From Ylistrum balloti (Eukaryota), in the NCBI RefSeq assembly GCF_031769215.1, contig NW_026782592.1, forward strand, positions 496,001 through 560,000: DNA of 64,000 bases, given 5' to 3'. The translations under genes were made by a program, and so were the position numbers. How positions within the stretch are numbered: position 1 is the stretch's first letter; each line of letters starts with the position of its first letter. The notes below the pieces were generated by a model. It ran no database searches. It was not told the origin of the DNA and saw nothing but the letters and a program-made list of their open reading frames with translations. Of this stretch, positions 1 to 13,213 are shown one piece after another.

Positions 1-739
1 TACTTCATAAATCTCTCAAGTCTTGTTAACCAGATTCAAAATTCAGTCCAATACAATGAAACAGTCTCCTCCTTCTCCTCCTCGTCCTCCTCCTCCTAGG
101 AGTATGACAATATATCAAAGACTTCCACTGGTAAAATCTAGTACGTGGTTACAGTGGACGATTAGGTGTGAAACGGGAAAAAATGCATCATACTGATGTC
201 TGTTCTTAGTCTGGTCTAATGATTCAGCGTAAATTGGTTACTGGATAATCGCCATCACGACGGATTTCCCAGAATTTGCCTCGTTCTTCAGGGTCAGTGA
301 TATAACTATAGTGTATAGCTATTGGGTTCCCAGCTCTCGACTATAGCCATCAGGTCCAAGGGAGGTAACTGATATGGTGACAGGCACCCCTTGTGTGCAA
401 AACTTGGAAATAAGTACTGTAAATTGATTTTTACAGTATTTGTTGTTTGTTTGTCAACTATATGTTATTTTTAACACTGACATGAAGTACAATTGCTGTG
501 CTGTTTACAAGTTACTTATAACTTGAATACTACTGAAACTAATTTAACATATTAAGTGACATTGTGAGGTGCTGTTTAACAAACGAAGTCCATTGAAAAC
601 ACGGAAATCTTAAACATTGCAATAAAAACTCTTATGAAATCACCGATAATATAATTTCAATAAATAAATATTGATTTGTTAGATGAAATGTCTCAATTCT
701 GAATGGTGAAAATGGAAGCGAAAACACAACTTATTCGAT

Positions 740-1110
740 AATGATCATTTTGTCCTTGAAAGTCTTTATTTAAGAATATTACAGGACCGTGGTCATGATC
801 AAAGTGAAAAACATCCGATTTCCATCATACAACAAGGAGGTTAATGTGTTGGATATTCATTAGTATATCTGGTGGTTCCGTTCTTGTGAACAAAGCTCCG
901 ATTTGAGAACGTGACATTACTTACTTGGATTGGCCAAAGTTTATATGGCGGGTATCGTCGATGAAGCAGAAGACGCTTACTCTTCCGGACATCTGATCTT
1001 TTTCTCCATATACTCTTTCAGGAGTATCCGTGTAGATCTTACTTTTGTTCATATTTTGCCCTAGTTTTACAGAGTTTGAGTTTGGATTATGATTATGTCG
1101 ACATATTTTC
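740..1110 (+). mobile_element. Penelope-like retroelement 3' relic
   Basis: The reverse complement shares cataatcataatccaaa..caaaatatgaacaaaag..tccggaagagtaagcgtcttctgcttcatcgacga with the copies at 22.4 kb and 57.1 kb. Confidence 0.6.
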
Positions 1111-3128
1111 ATGCTGTTTATTGTGTTAATCAGTTCTTGGAGTTTCAATAATATGATTTGTGTCGTACCAAACGGTTCGATCACCTAGGTATACCATAGA
1201 CCTAATACAGCCAGACAGTGGCTGGATACTTGCGTGTGTCAAGTAGGCAGAAATTCATTAACCACAGAATAGTCGGAAGAAACATACAGATTCTCACGCT
1301 GATATAACTAGACCGAATAGATAGACACGTAAACGCTGTCGGTTGTATCTAACAGTAACACAGACCTCGACGATAGGGCAAAAGTACTGGAGCCCCAATT
1401 TTTGCTGTGTCGTCACTAACAACACGTATAGTAGTCTAGTCTGCAACACAGAGATCTAGTAACGGAGGTGTGACGTGATCATGAATCAGCGTTGTTTCCC
1501 GTGATCTTCAGTGACAAGATCGCGTCAGTAACTGGTATATCTAGTGTTATCACTCACAGTAGACGGTTTTCAGCAAAGCACACCAAATATATGACAACAT
1601 CCCACATACCGTACCGCCGTCATAAATTACAGCACTGAATACCAGTGTACATAGTATAGAAAAGGAGGAGATATTCAGTGGTTTCCCATTTAATATGATA
1701 TATAATTCACAAGTATGACATAATAAAAATATCGATATATTCTCTCATAAGACAAATATCGTGACAAATATCTATATTCTATGGTAGTTGTGAAATACAT
1801 ATGATACTCAACGGATATACTTCAAAATTTTTAGATTAAATTTCAAAGCGGAAAAAATGAAAATGCTGATCGAAAAACATAAAAAAAAAATCATTGTCTG
1901 AAAAGAAGCAGAATTATAAGATTTTAACCATGTCTTAGGACGTCAAATATCTAGGATAATGATAAAAAAAGTGTTACCCAATACGTTACTGTTTTACACT
2001 GTTCTCTGTTAGGAACTGGAAAGATGAAGTCATGCAGCTATTTCTACAGGATGCCATGGGTTACATCCACTTAGCGTTTATCGAGTCGTAGGCACGAGAG
2101 TCCACAGGTAGAATGGGCCAGTCATGGATGAGTGATTTTATCAAATTACTATTGCAGACTAAGTAGGTACCATTTTACTCGGAGACCTGTACAGACAGGA
2201 TGATAAAGGTATCTGTTGTAGCCTCCATAGAAGTTACACACCATAACAATTGATTATTACTGTAGTAATTAAATTTGAAGATTAACAAGTGAAGACTCTT
2301 AATCAAGGATTCGGATTGGACGGGATCTACAACATCTATCGTTAACTATATCTTAAAGTAACTCATTACACTAAGGAAAAGAAGAACAATGCTTAGAAAT
2401 TGATTAACACAACATTTTTATAAAGACATTTTCTTCTAATGTGGCAATGCTTCAATTCCGATACAAATACGTTATACAGAGAAAATCTCGAATTAATTGA
2501 ACTCGTACATTTTATTTTTCATTAAGATTACGACTTACATTTATAAAAAAAAAAGTCAAAAAGTCAATTCATTTATGTAATACATTTGCTAGGTTACTGC
2601 AACATCAATCCATGTTCTTAATTTTCAAGCAACAAGTCCGTGGTTTTTTACAAGTCCAATGTAATGATATACAATGTACTAAATGCGATACTAGCCCGAC
2701 AATATTATTAAATCTTCTTTTAACCAAGTCTTGAAAGTCAACTGTGTCACCTAAATTCAGAAACGTATAATAGAGGGATTTGAGACTGTTTTTCTACTTT
2801 TCCTAGTTGTTTCAAATGCTAGAAAATGCATGTTTGTATCTATTTTGATATCTGATTATTATGAGTGGTTAGAAACGTGCTAATTATAACGTATAAATTG
2901 ATATTTTCTGTACGAATATTTTAAATTGAAATACTGTATCAATTGTAGTGAATCAGCATTGCAGTTTTTATATACCATTTCTTGCAAAAAAAATTGATAA
3001 TTATTTTTTTAAAACAAACAGTATAGTTGACCTCGCTATCTCTTGTGACAAATACTTCCTGTTTACTTTGAATTTTTTAAACAAATAGCGAGTTTGTGCT
3101 ATTTACAAATGAAATATCACCCGTAATG

Positions 3129-3262
3129 ATTTCTTATATCATCGCTGGAAAGATGAACATTTCTTATACCATCGCTGGAAAGATGAACATTTCTTATACC
3201 ATCGCTGGAAAGATGAACATTTCTTATACCATCACTGGAAAGATGAAGATTTTTTATATCGT
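3129..3262. repeat. 30-bp minisatellite, about 4.5 copies
   Basis: Unit atttcttataccatcgctggaaagatgaac. Confidence 0.95.
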
Positions 3263-6200
3263 CACCGCATTTTTGTTCTTACGTTTCACCGTCAGCAATA
3301 TAATAAAATCTGCCCATGACCGATTACTACCGACCTATGTGATAGGTTATAACAATCCCCCTACAGTTATATTGTACTGGGGATTTGAGCACAGAGATAA
3401 ACACTTCTTGAGAGTATGTCTTTCTCAAACCTACTTTTTTCTTATCTTTTCTTCATTATTTACATATTTTATTGACATTTTCATGTAAAGAGTTTAACAT
3501 AACTTGTAAGGTTCACGTACCCTCTATATGCGACGTCATCACCTTCACGTCTTCATCCATCCAAACATATATACATGTTTGTACGAGTTTCATAATAAGT
3601 CTTTGGTCATGTTATTGTGTGAAACCGCGTTACATATCGACTTCAGACAAATTACTACCTAATCGGTCATATCAAATCTACAATTAGTATTCTCAAAAAT
3701 CCCTGATGTCTGTCTCGCGATGAAGAGATACCGCTCGCCATGATTCCGTCTGGGAACTATTTCACGTAATAAGGTAGTCCCGATTCTGGTGATAGATCGA
3801 ACAGACACGCGGAAGCTGATTGATAACGGAAGTCAGTGAAAGGGTCACTCGCCCAATCCATCATCCACACGTTTTCAATGGAGTGCTGACTATCGTTGTG
3901 AATGAAGCGTAACCTGGGTACTATTACCAGGATTAAGAATAATGTATTGAATTCTGGTAATGACGTTAAGTGTAATTACAGTCGTAGTAGCGAGAGAATA
4001 TAAAGAATACTGTTTGTTGTGGGAAATGTTGGGAAATGTTCTCTTTCATACAATTCACAACGTTCAAATGTTCCCATAGATGTACCCAAAGGTGTACCGA
4101 ATGGTGTAGTGACTTATTCAAAATTCATTTATATTATGAAATTAGGTCACCATCCATATGTTGCAAAATGTCTGACATCTCATCAACCAGGTTGGATGTT
4201 AATCAAAAAGCATGTGGTGACATTTACAGTTAGATATAAATATACACTACTTAATTAGGGTTTCGTAAGTCTATTAATCAGCGCTCCTATCTGCGTGTTG
4301 CCATATGTGTCTTTCTAAACCAAAATGTTATGCAAAGCGTCACCAGCTGTGAGTTACAACACACGATGTAGTGACAACGACGGACTATGATTTAATCCGT
4401 AGGTCTCTATCTCCTTCATCGGGAGGTAAAATGAGCTTTATAGTCAAAAGCCAGAAAAAATTATGTTAAAAGATTTTGTTTTGGGTTCAGAAAAGTCATT
4501 TCACAGAAGAAAATTTTTGTGTAACTGCTGTATGTGGATGTTTCCATGACTTCACGAGATCTCGATGTGTCATAGGTTGAAGTTTGTATTACTCTCGTCA
4601 CAAAAACTACCTTTCAACGAAAACGTTAGATTTTATTGACAAAGAATACTACAATGCTACCATATTACGACTCGAAGATTATTTCTTATGACAAATAAAT
4701 CGCATTAAATGCAGCGAGTCGTTATCACTTTACATTGTCAATGTGAAGCCGAAAGACGACTTCCAAAATTGGTAAAAGTCTGTTATAAACTGGGGGTTTT
4801 TTCAACAGGATATCCAGCCAAAGTTGTTCCGTACCTTTTAAGAACTAATTCTGACTACTTTTCAAATTATTGCTAGTATCAAAAATATATCTGCTGTGGT
4901 CATTTTGACAAGTGAAATTGGTGGGAATACTTCCAGCCAAACTGTTTTAATATATCGCATCGGGAAATCCAGAACTGAAAGGTCACGGAATCATAGATTT
5001 CATGCAGGGTATTTGATAAATAAACAAATGTGTCTGCTGTTCACTAAAGCTTCTGCTGTTTTATTACTTCAGTAAGCTTATTTTCCGCTGATTTACAGTT
5101 TACACAAAAACATTTCAATCTGTTCGGCTTATAACAGCGCAAACCTGTTACGATGCAATCAGGGCCGCGCGAACGTATGTAAATTGATCTAGCTAGATCT
5201 ATAACGAATTTCCGTAACTTCAATACCACATGTTTATTTAAATGATGAATTGAGGCGTACGATTTCCATAAGACCATAATCATAGTTATGAAATAAAAAT
5301 CTGGTCATTGTGAGAAGGTAAAAATAAACAATAAAGTCACGTAAAATCTGTTACAAATCATCTGATTGAAGTGATATTTTTATGAATACTAGTTTGCTGT
5401 TTGTTTTCATTACCAAACGCTCTAAAAATAATCTATATTCTATTAATTATCATATTAATAACATGTTTTCAATATCGTTTTATCAATTAATTAATCCAGG
5501 TTATCAGATGTATTCAATATCATCGTTTCGATAATTAATCGTTCAGCGTTAATTAAAGACGGCTGTGCTCCCAACCTTTCTACACACTGGTAAATAAAAG
5601 TTCAATCATTGTGTCTGATATCGTACCTACTGCACACCATTAATGTACGGAACCTAACCTAGACAATTCGACAGGAAAGGAAACATCGAGTTGATACATC
5701 ATCGGACAAATTGGATGGTTTCCTTTATCTCGTTTTTATATGCGATAAAAAACAACGTGCATCTGTATTGACGGCTATAAAAGGCAAGACTGATCTCATA
5801 GTGCTGAGAACCAAATTAACTACCAGGTAATCTAGTGTGAATCCGATATATATAGGGGATATCGCAGCTGGCACACTCGCTCCGGATTCCCATTACCAGC
5901 TGAGGATCCGTTATTTAGTGGTCACAAAACTAAAGATATCTACTAATCTATCGCCCACTCTGCGTCCGAACTGACCTTTCTGTAACAACACATCAGCTAC
6001 TGTCACAGAGGGAGGATCAAGGTTCCAGTTTCTTTTTTTTATGAACTTACTCTAGATAAAGAATAATATTCACTATAGCGCACGTAGGAACTGCATGAAA
6101 AATTATTCAGTGAAAATATCCACGCACATTATTTAATCATTGATTTAACAGAAAAGCTTAATTCCATTTGTTCAAAACATTTCGTTCCTGTGTAAAATAA

Positions 6201-6872
6201 GGTATCTTGATATGTTGCTGTTTATGTAACCCTAAGGACGACATAGTATTATAAATTGATAGAAACAGCTGTATGGTTCAATCAAAGTGCAATATTTCTC
6301 GTTTATAGCTTGTTATTTCAACTGCGTATAGAGAGCTTCTATTTCATATACCTTAGAGATCGCCGAGTTGATTCGGATGACTGACTTTAATTTCTGGGAT
6401 TGGTTTTAACTCTGAATATTTCATTGAAGTTTCTATGAATTATGGCGCAGTTTCGAATACGCTAAAGTGCTTAACCTACTTTTTCAATGGCCAATATTAA
6501 AATTTACGAAAACCTTCTCATATATATAAATATAGATATTCCTTTTTAACAAATCTCAGGTCTGTAAAGTTATTGTTGGGTGCTAGTAGGAAAATGAACT
6601 TTACGATTCTATTTATTTATCAGCATAATCTGAATCAAATTCTTAATTTGTATCAAACAAGTGACAATTGTAGCTTCTATAATATAACTATAAACATTTA
6701 CTGACAACAGTGATATTAATAATAAACTACAAACAACAGTAGTGTTTTCTATTCAAGCTAGGAGAACAATGACAGTGTAAACAGTGGTGCTTGTACTAAA
6801 CACAGGATGAAGTGAAAATTACAAGAGTTTATAACAAAGGTTAAAGTACAGTAGTCCCAGTGAGTGATTTAT

Positions 6873-7795
6873 GTAACATCAGTGATAACAGCTCTCGAAC
6901 ACTAAGTAACATCAGTGATAACAGCTCTCGAACACTAAGTAACATCGGTGATAACAGCTCTCCAACACTAAGTAACACCAATGATAACAGCTCTAGAACA
7001 CTAAGTAACATCAGTGATAACAGCTCTCCAACACTAAGTAACGTCAGTGATAACAGCTCTCGAACACCGAGTAACATCAGTGATAACAACTCTCAAACAC
7101 TAAGTAACATCAGTGATAACAGCTCTCGAACACCAAGTAACATCAGTGATAACAGCTCTCCAACACTAAGTAACATCAGTGATAACAGATCTCCAACACC
7201 GAGTAACATCAGTGATAACAGCTCTCAAACACTAAGTAACATCAGTGATAACAGCTCTCCAACACTAAGTAACATCAGTGATAACAGCTCTCAAACACCG
7301 AGTAACATCAGTGATAACAACTCTCAAACACTAAGTAACACCAGTGATAACAGCTCTCGATCACTAAGTAACATCACTAAGTAACATCAGTGACAACAGC
7401 TCTCGAACACTAAGTACCATCAGTGATAACGGCTCTCCAACACTAAGTAACACCAGTGATAACAGCTCTCCAACACTAAGTAACATCCATGATAACAGAT
7501 CTCCAACACTAAGTAACACCAGTGATAACAGCTCACCAACACTAAGTAACATCAGTGATAACAGTTCTCCAACACTAAGTAACATCAGTGATAACAGCTC
7601 TCCAACACTAAGTAACATCAGTGATAACAGCTCTCCAACACTAAGTAACATCAGTGATAACAGATCTCCAACACTAAGTAACATCAGTGATAACAGCTCT
7701 CGAACACTAAGTAACATCAGTGATAACAGCTCTCCAACACTAAGTAACATCAGTGATAACAGCTCTCCAACACCAAATAACATCAGTGATAACGG
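6873..7795. repeat. 33-bp minisatellite, about 28 copies
   Basis: Unit aacatcagtgataacagctctccaacactaagt. One partial-unit insertion near 7370-7380 shifts the phase. Confidence 0.98.
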
Positions 7796-9519
7796 CTTTT
7801 GAAAACAAAATAATATAAGTAGAAAACAGCCGTCGAAGACCTGGCAATATCTGTGAAAACAGCTCCTAAAATCAAGTTACATCAGTGAATAACAGTGTTC
7901 AAAATAAAAAGATAATTCGATTTTCTGAAGATGTCGACAAAATAGTTCCTGACCAAAAACATCTTCAAACCCACATAGGCTATTAGTATGATAAAAGAAA
8001 ACATACACACATTGAATTATTTGCAGAAAAAAATTAAATGAGTTTTCCGTCTGATCCCTTCTAATAGTTCCTCGCCCACTGTCAAAAAATGAATAGACTA
8101 CTTGTTTTGACCTTTGCCCAGTCGTGTTTTTCGGGAACCATGTTTGTGTTCTTGCCATGTTCTTGCTTTAAGAGAACATGTTCTGAGTTGTTCTAAAACT
8201 AAAAGGACCGTGTTTGTCGTTCAAAGAAGCCACACGTGACCTGACTTCGACTTCACTACAGCACTGAAAAAAACGGCATAATTTCTGTGACAGCGCTAGT
8301 CACTAAGTTTCTTCCCCTCTGCGTTTCCATTCGGACAAACTACAATGATAAGTATAGTTCGCTCTAATACATATACGTGTCCCGCTATGAAGCTAACAAA
8401 TATTGAAAATCGTACACGATGTACAGAGAGTTACAACGTAGCTGAAACAAAAGTTTCTCTTATTATCTATTTGCTTTTTCACGTAGAAGAATAAATCAAA
8501 CGTGGTAAATAACATAAGTGTGTGCAGTCAAGAAAAACAAAAAATAGTGTAGACAGTAGGTATAAATCTCGCAATGCAATGCGTGCAATGTCACTTCGTT
8601 TAGTTCCGGTGTCTGACTCTCTTGGATGTTTGCACCAAGTCATGAATTCTTAGTTGTTACGGTGTCTAGCTCACAACAGTCGGGCTTCTGTAAGTTATTC
8701 AGGTAGAATAAACGGCAGATGTAAAGCATATCAAAAAATGTCATTGCTTTATACTTTATACTTGAAAGGATCATTTGAAATCTCTGATCAGGACGCATGC
8801 ATCGGAGTGCGTCCCATCCAGACTTGGACACCAGATACACGGAGGCCTTCCCTGTCATTCCTACCCCTCACAATACCACAGGAACAGAAAACGTGAACAG
8901 AAGACATCCTGCATCAGGCGGGTGATGTCGTGTCGCATTTGTAAACACGTGACCTTTCCGAATGAATATGACGCAGTGTCTCGTCTGGATCAAACTAGAA
9001 GTACATACGGGTTATTGATGGCGATCAGTAGCTATATATAGTACGTTGTTAATATTGTTGAAGCATACTTCATCTGTCACACCACAGGACTTCGAAAATA
9101 CATCATTATGATCGAAACAAGCTACCAACTGTAGGCGCTAGCACCATTTGCAGACATATTTGATATAACGGTATTTCAGGAACCTGTGGTCAACCGTGTC
9201 AACATGTTGTAGTTTTAAGTCTAAGGTTTCCATAAAAATCTCTCTTCGCGGAGTCCTATACATCAAATAGAGATTCCTTATACTTATTCCCGGATATGAT
9301 AACAGACGTTAGCCTTTTATATCACGTGACATTAGAACTGTACGATTCTCAAACTGTTAGGTAAGCTTTAGACTTCTTGGCATTCCCATAAAATATGTAT
9401 ATATGTTTCGTTTTCAAAATTACATAGATTACAGAATGACGAAATAGTTAAAAGTCACTTTAAAAAATAGCATGTTGTTAAAATTTGTGTTTGTATGTGT
9501 GAATTCTCTTTTCGTGTGC

Positions 9520-11830
9520 CAGGTTTAATTTACCCCAGGCTTTGAAAAAAATAATGTTTCATCAAATATTTTTAAGTAGCCATTGCCACTATTCCAAAGC
9601 AAATCTACATTCAGCTATTTGCCATTTGGAAGTGGACTGAAAAAAGAACCTTCTGACCGCTCGAAGGTTGAAGGAGTCTATATATATTTATCATTTGTAA
9701 CCAATCCTTATGTCGCTCTGATATACTACCTTTCTTTTAACTTAGTTGGATTTGCTTTTCCACAAAACTTCAAAAGAAAAAATGTAGTTCAGTTTTATGA
9801 AAAGAAGACCATTCAGATCTGACAGGGCGATAAACTGTGAGATGAAATCTGCCAATTTAGGCTTTTCTTTTCCTGGTTGTTATCAGTGACTTTGAGTTTG
9901 TTAATGTTTTGTCAGTATCCATTTTTGTGTGTCTCGAGCTGATTAACATGGAAATCTATTCCGAGAAGTGTGAATCAGTGCCTGCCAAATTGTAAGTTTA
10001 GTTTAGGAAGAAAACATTCATCATTCGTGACCAATCCACATTACGAAGTTTTGAAGTATTTAATTTCAAACAAGAATCTTTTTGCGTAAAAATCAATTAC
10101 TGGATTGTTATAGTCGCCACCTACGGTTTAGAATTAGGCCCTTAGCATCACTTACAAGTCCTTGTAGGACGAAATAACTGTATCATTGATTGGCTCTGCT
10201 GTACCTAACCCGACATTTGTGCCATCACGTATGTCTTGTACGACTTCACACCGATCGAACTCTGAAGAAGCACTGGATACTTATCATTTTCAATATCATG
10301 TATATCTTTATCATTTCTCAACCTAAAGAATAAAATTTCAGCACACAGGATGAAAAGATACGGTGCCGTAGATCCCGTGAAAACTGCATAATTTCTTATA
10401 AAAAAGACGAGAATGTCCTCCTTGACTGATTGTGGCACATTTCGTTTGGTTTTTTTTTCTCTTAATGTCTTAATTTTTTTTATGAATTTATTTATTTATC
10501 TATTTATCAAATATTTTGACCTTATTTATAATAAATATTGAACTACCAACAAAAAATATATAAATGTTTTACAATAAATCGCAAGGAAACCAAATGGAAA
10601 TTTTTTTCGAAGTCTTTCATCTTTCCAGGACTATCATCATCCTCAGATTATTGTCCGAGATCATGATTATCGTGTTATTTTCTCCTGAATGGTATACCTG
10701 TTCTAAACCTGTTTGGTCATTAGCTATAAATTTATCTAAAACATTCTTTGTTCTGCAAGCTAAATAAACCACAAAAATTTTATTAACAACACTGAGCTAA
10801 AAAAAATGGTCTCCATCTTTAATGAAATGTTCAGGTTTGTCTCCTTTTGGTATACAAGTAAAGATTGTATTAATAGACTCTGTCTATAAAACCATTTCCA
10901 AAAGCATTTTTACAACTCAGATGTAAAACCACTAATCCGGATTTTGGTATTTTTGAAGATATTTTTCCACCTTCATCATGTGTTATTAAGCCCTTTAATT
11001 TTCTTGCTTCACTTTAATCTATTTTTCTAATATTGTGTTTTTATCGTCAATAATTTTTCATCAAAATTTCATTCAATTATTATGCCTGGTTTGTAATTAC
11101 TTAAGCACTATCCACTTTCACTTTAAGTATCATTTTTGACACTCAAAAATATGTTTACCCAGTTAAAAATAACACTAGTGGGCTTCTTCAACACATTTGG
11201 CTCTTGATCTGGATAAGCTGTCTTCCCTGGCTTTAAGAATGGTAATCTCCTTATAAATTTCATGTCAGTCATAATTTGGATAACTAATCGCAAATTTTAA
11301 CAAATCTGTTACCAGAATCTTGTTTAGTTTCGGAGACAACATTGTAAAATTCAATGTTATCATTATCGATGTTAATTAATAAGATTGTTACGGTGGCTGC
11401 GAACGGACACCTAAAAATATTGCATGAGAAAGAAATAGTATCCCTCGCAATAATATCGCGTTCCCAAGCATTATATATGTATTTGCGATGTCCGTTTTCG
11501 GCCACCTTAGATTTTTTAACCTTCATTTTCTATTTCTATAGCAATACCTCCTTTTCATTCTATCAATATGTAAATGCAAATTTGTTTTCCAGAAGAATGG
11601 TGACACTCCTCGTACATGAGATCTAAAAGAGTTGAAATGATAATAGAATCCCGACTCGTTTCTGTTTCTTTTTTCAGTATCGGGGTATCCTTAAGACCTG
11701 TCATGTTACTATTTATAGAACCAAAATAAGAAATATCTTTCCGTTTTGATTTTTCCTCTTAAGTGAGACATTCGTTCTTTTTGCATCAAGCCTTTGGATA
11801 AAAACTGTGACGATTTTAACTATTGGACAG
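9520..11830 (-). mobile_element. Degenerate L1/Tx1-clade LINE ORF2 relic (copy A): APE endonuclease N-terminus, linker, RT and thumb
   Basis: Broken minus-strand translations, in the expected order: KIVTVFIQRL..KR and HVRGVTILLENKF (APE); RDTISFS and RSRAKCVEE (linker); GFTSEL*KCFWK, CIPKGDKPEHF, LDKFIANDQTG, APYLFILCAEIL..RNDKDI, LKLNTSK..MWIG, FTLLGIDF, LQMINI (RT and thumb). Many stops and frameshifts. Ends approximate. Confidence 0.85.
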
Positions 11831-11934
11831 CCATGACAATGATCCCTAAAATGTCAATAACAGGGGAAATATGTAAGATGACACTCTCACACAAACCAAA
11901 TATTGTTTCCTTGATTTCTTCTATTGAATACATA

Positions 11935-12111
11935 CAGTCGAACCTCGCTTTCTCGAACTCGTTTAACACGAAGATCCAGTTTAATTCGAAACATTTCATC
12001 GGCCCATGTCCTACTTTAAACGAGGCATTCGAACGCATTTCAATAAAATACTCGGTTATCTCGAAGTTTTCCCCACGATTCCACCGAGTTCGAGATAACG
12101 AGGTTTGATTG
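11935..12111. mobile_element. MITE with Tc1/mariner (pogo)-type ends, TA target duplication
   Basis: TA|CAGTCGAACCTCGCTTTCTCGAACTC ... GAGTTCGAGATAACGAGGTTTGATTG|TA. Imperfect TIRs of about 26 bp, no ORF. Confidence 0.85.
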
Positions 12112-13042
12112 TATTTCATGACAGAGGTCTCGAAATATTTTTCTAATATTGTGTTTTTATCGTCAATAATTTTTCATCAAAATTTCATTCAATTATTATG
12201 CCTGGTTTGTAATTACTTAAGCACTATCCACTTTCACTTTAAGTATCATTTTTGACACACAAAAATATGTTTACCCAGTTAAAAATAACACTAGTGGGCT
12301 TCTTCAACACATTTGGCTCTTGATCTGGATAAGCTGTCTTCCCTGGCTTTAAGAATGGTAATCTCCTTATAAATTTCATGACAGTCATAATTTGGATCAC
12401 TAATCGCAAGGTATCACAAATCTGTTACCAGAATCTTGTTTAGTTTCGGAGACAACATTGTAAAATTCAATGTTATCATTATCGATGTTAATTAATAAGA
12501 TTGTTACGGTGGCTGCGAACGGACACCTAAAAATATTGCATGAGAAAGAAATAGTATCCCTCGCAATAATATCGCGTTCCCAAGCATTATATATGTATTT
12601 GCGATGTCCGTTTTCGGCCACCTTAGATTTTTTAACCTTCATTTTCTATTTCTATAGCAATACCTCCTTTTCATTCTATCAATATGTAAATGCAAATTTG
12701 TTTTCCAGAAGAATGGTGACACTCCTCGTACATGAGATCTAAAAGAGTTGAAATGATAATAGAAGTAGTTTACTTGTTTCTGTTCTACTTTTTAAATGTA
12801 TCGGGGTATCCTTAAGAACTGTCATGTTACTATTTATAGAACCAAAATAAGAAATATCTTTCCGTTTTGATTTTTCCTCTTAAGTGAGACATTCGTTCTT
12901 TTTGCATCAAGCCTTTGGATAAAAACTGTGACGATTTTAACTATTGGACAGACAATGATCCCTAAAATGTCAATAACAGGGGAAATATGTAAGATGACAC
13001 TCTCACACAAACCAAATATTGTTTCCTTGAAATGAATACATA

Positions 13043-13213
13043 CAGTCGAACCTCGCTTTCTCGAACTATTAACACGAAGATCCAGTTTGATTCGAAACAT
13101 TTTGCCCATGTCCTACTTTAAACGAGGCATTCGAACGCATTTCAATAAAATACTCGGTTATCTCGAAGTTTTCCCCACGATTCCACCGAGTTCGAGATAA
13201 CGAGGTTTGATTG
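13043..13213. mobile_element. Second copy of the same MITE, inside the duplicated unit
   Basis: Same TIRs and TA flanks, with small internal deletions. Confidence 0.85.

Noticed and set aside
3096-3488. 130-aa ORF with ISYTIAGKMN repeats
   Set aside because: GTG start, built on a 30-bp minisatellite plus AT-rich low-complexity sequence.
5044-5283. Possible further Penelope RT relic (SYGNRTPQF.., YKPNRLK), and a similar hint at 3560-3720
   Set aside because: Too degenerate to support by eye; needs a profile search.
6841-7783. ORFs of 82-174 aa on both strands (SNISDNSSPTL / LLSVGELLSLM repeats), superficially mucin-like
   Set aside because: Produced by a 33-bp (multiple of 3) minisatellite. 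Unit variants are largely non-synonymous, a partial unit breaks the frame, and there is no credible start or splice context.
7877-8158. ORF starting MARTQTWFPKNTTG, reminiscent of the histone H3 tail
   Set aside because: Similarity is limited to the first few residues. No histone fold follows, and the H3 tail is nearly invariant.
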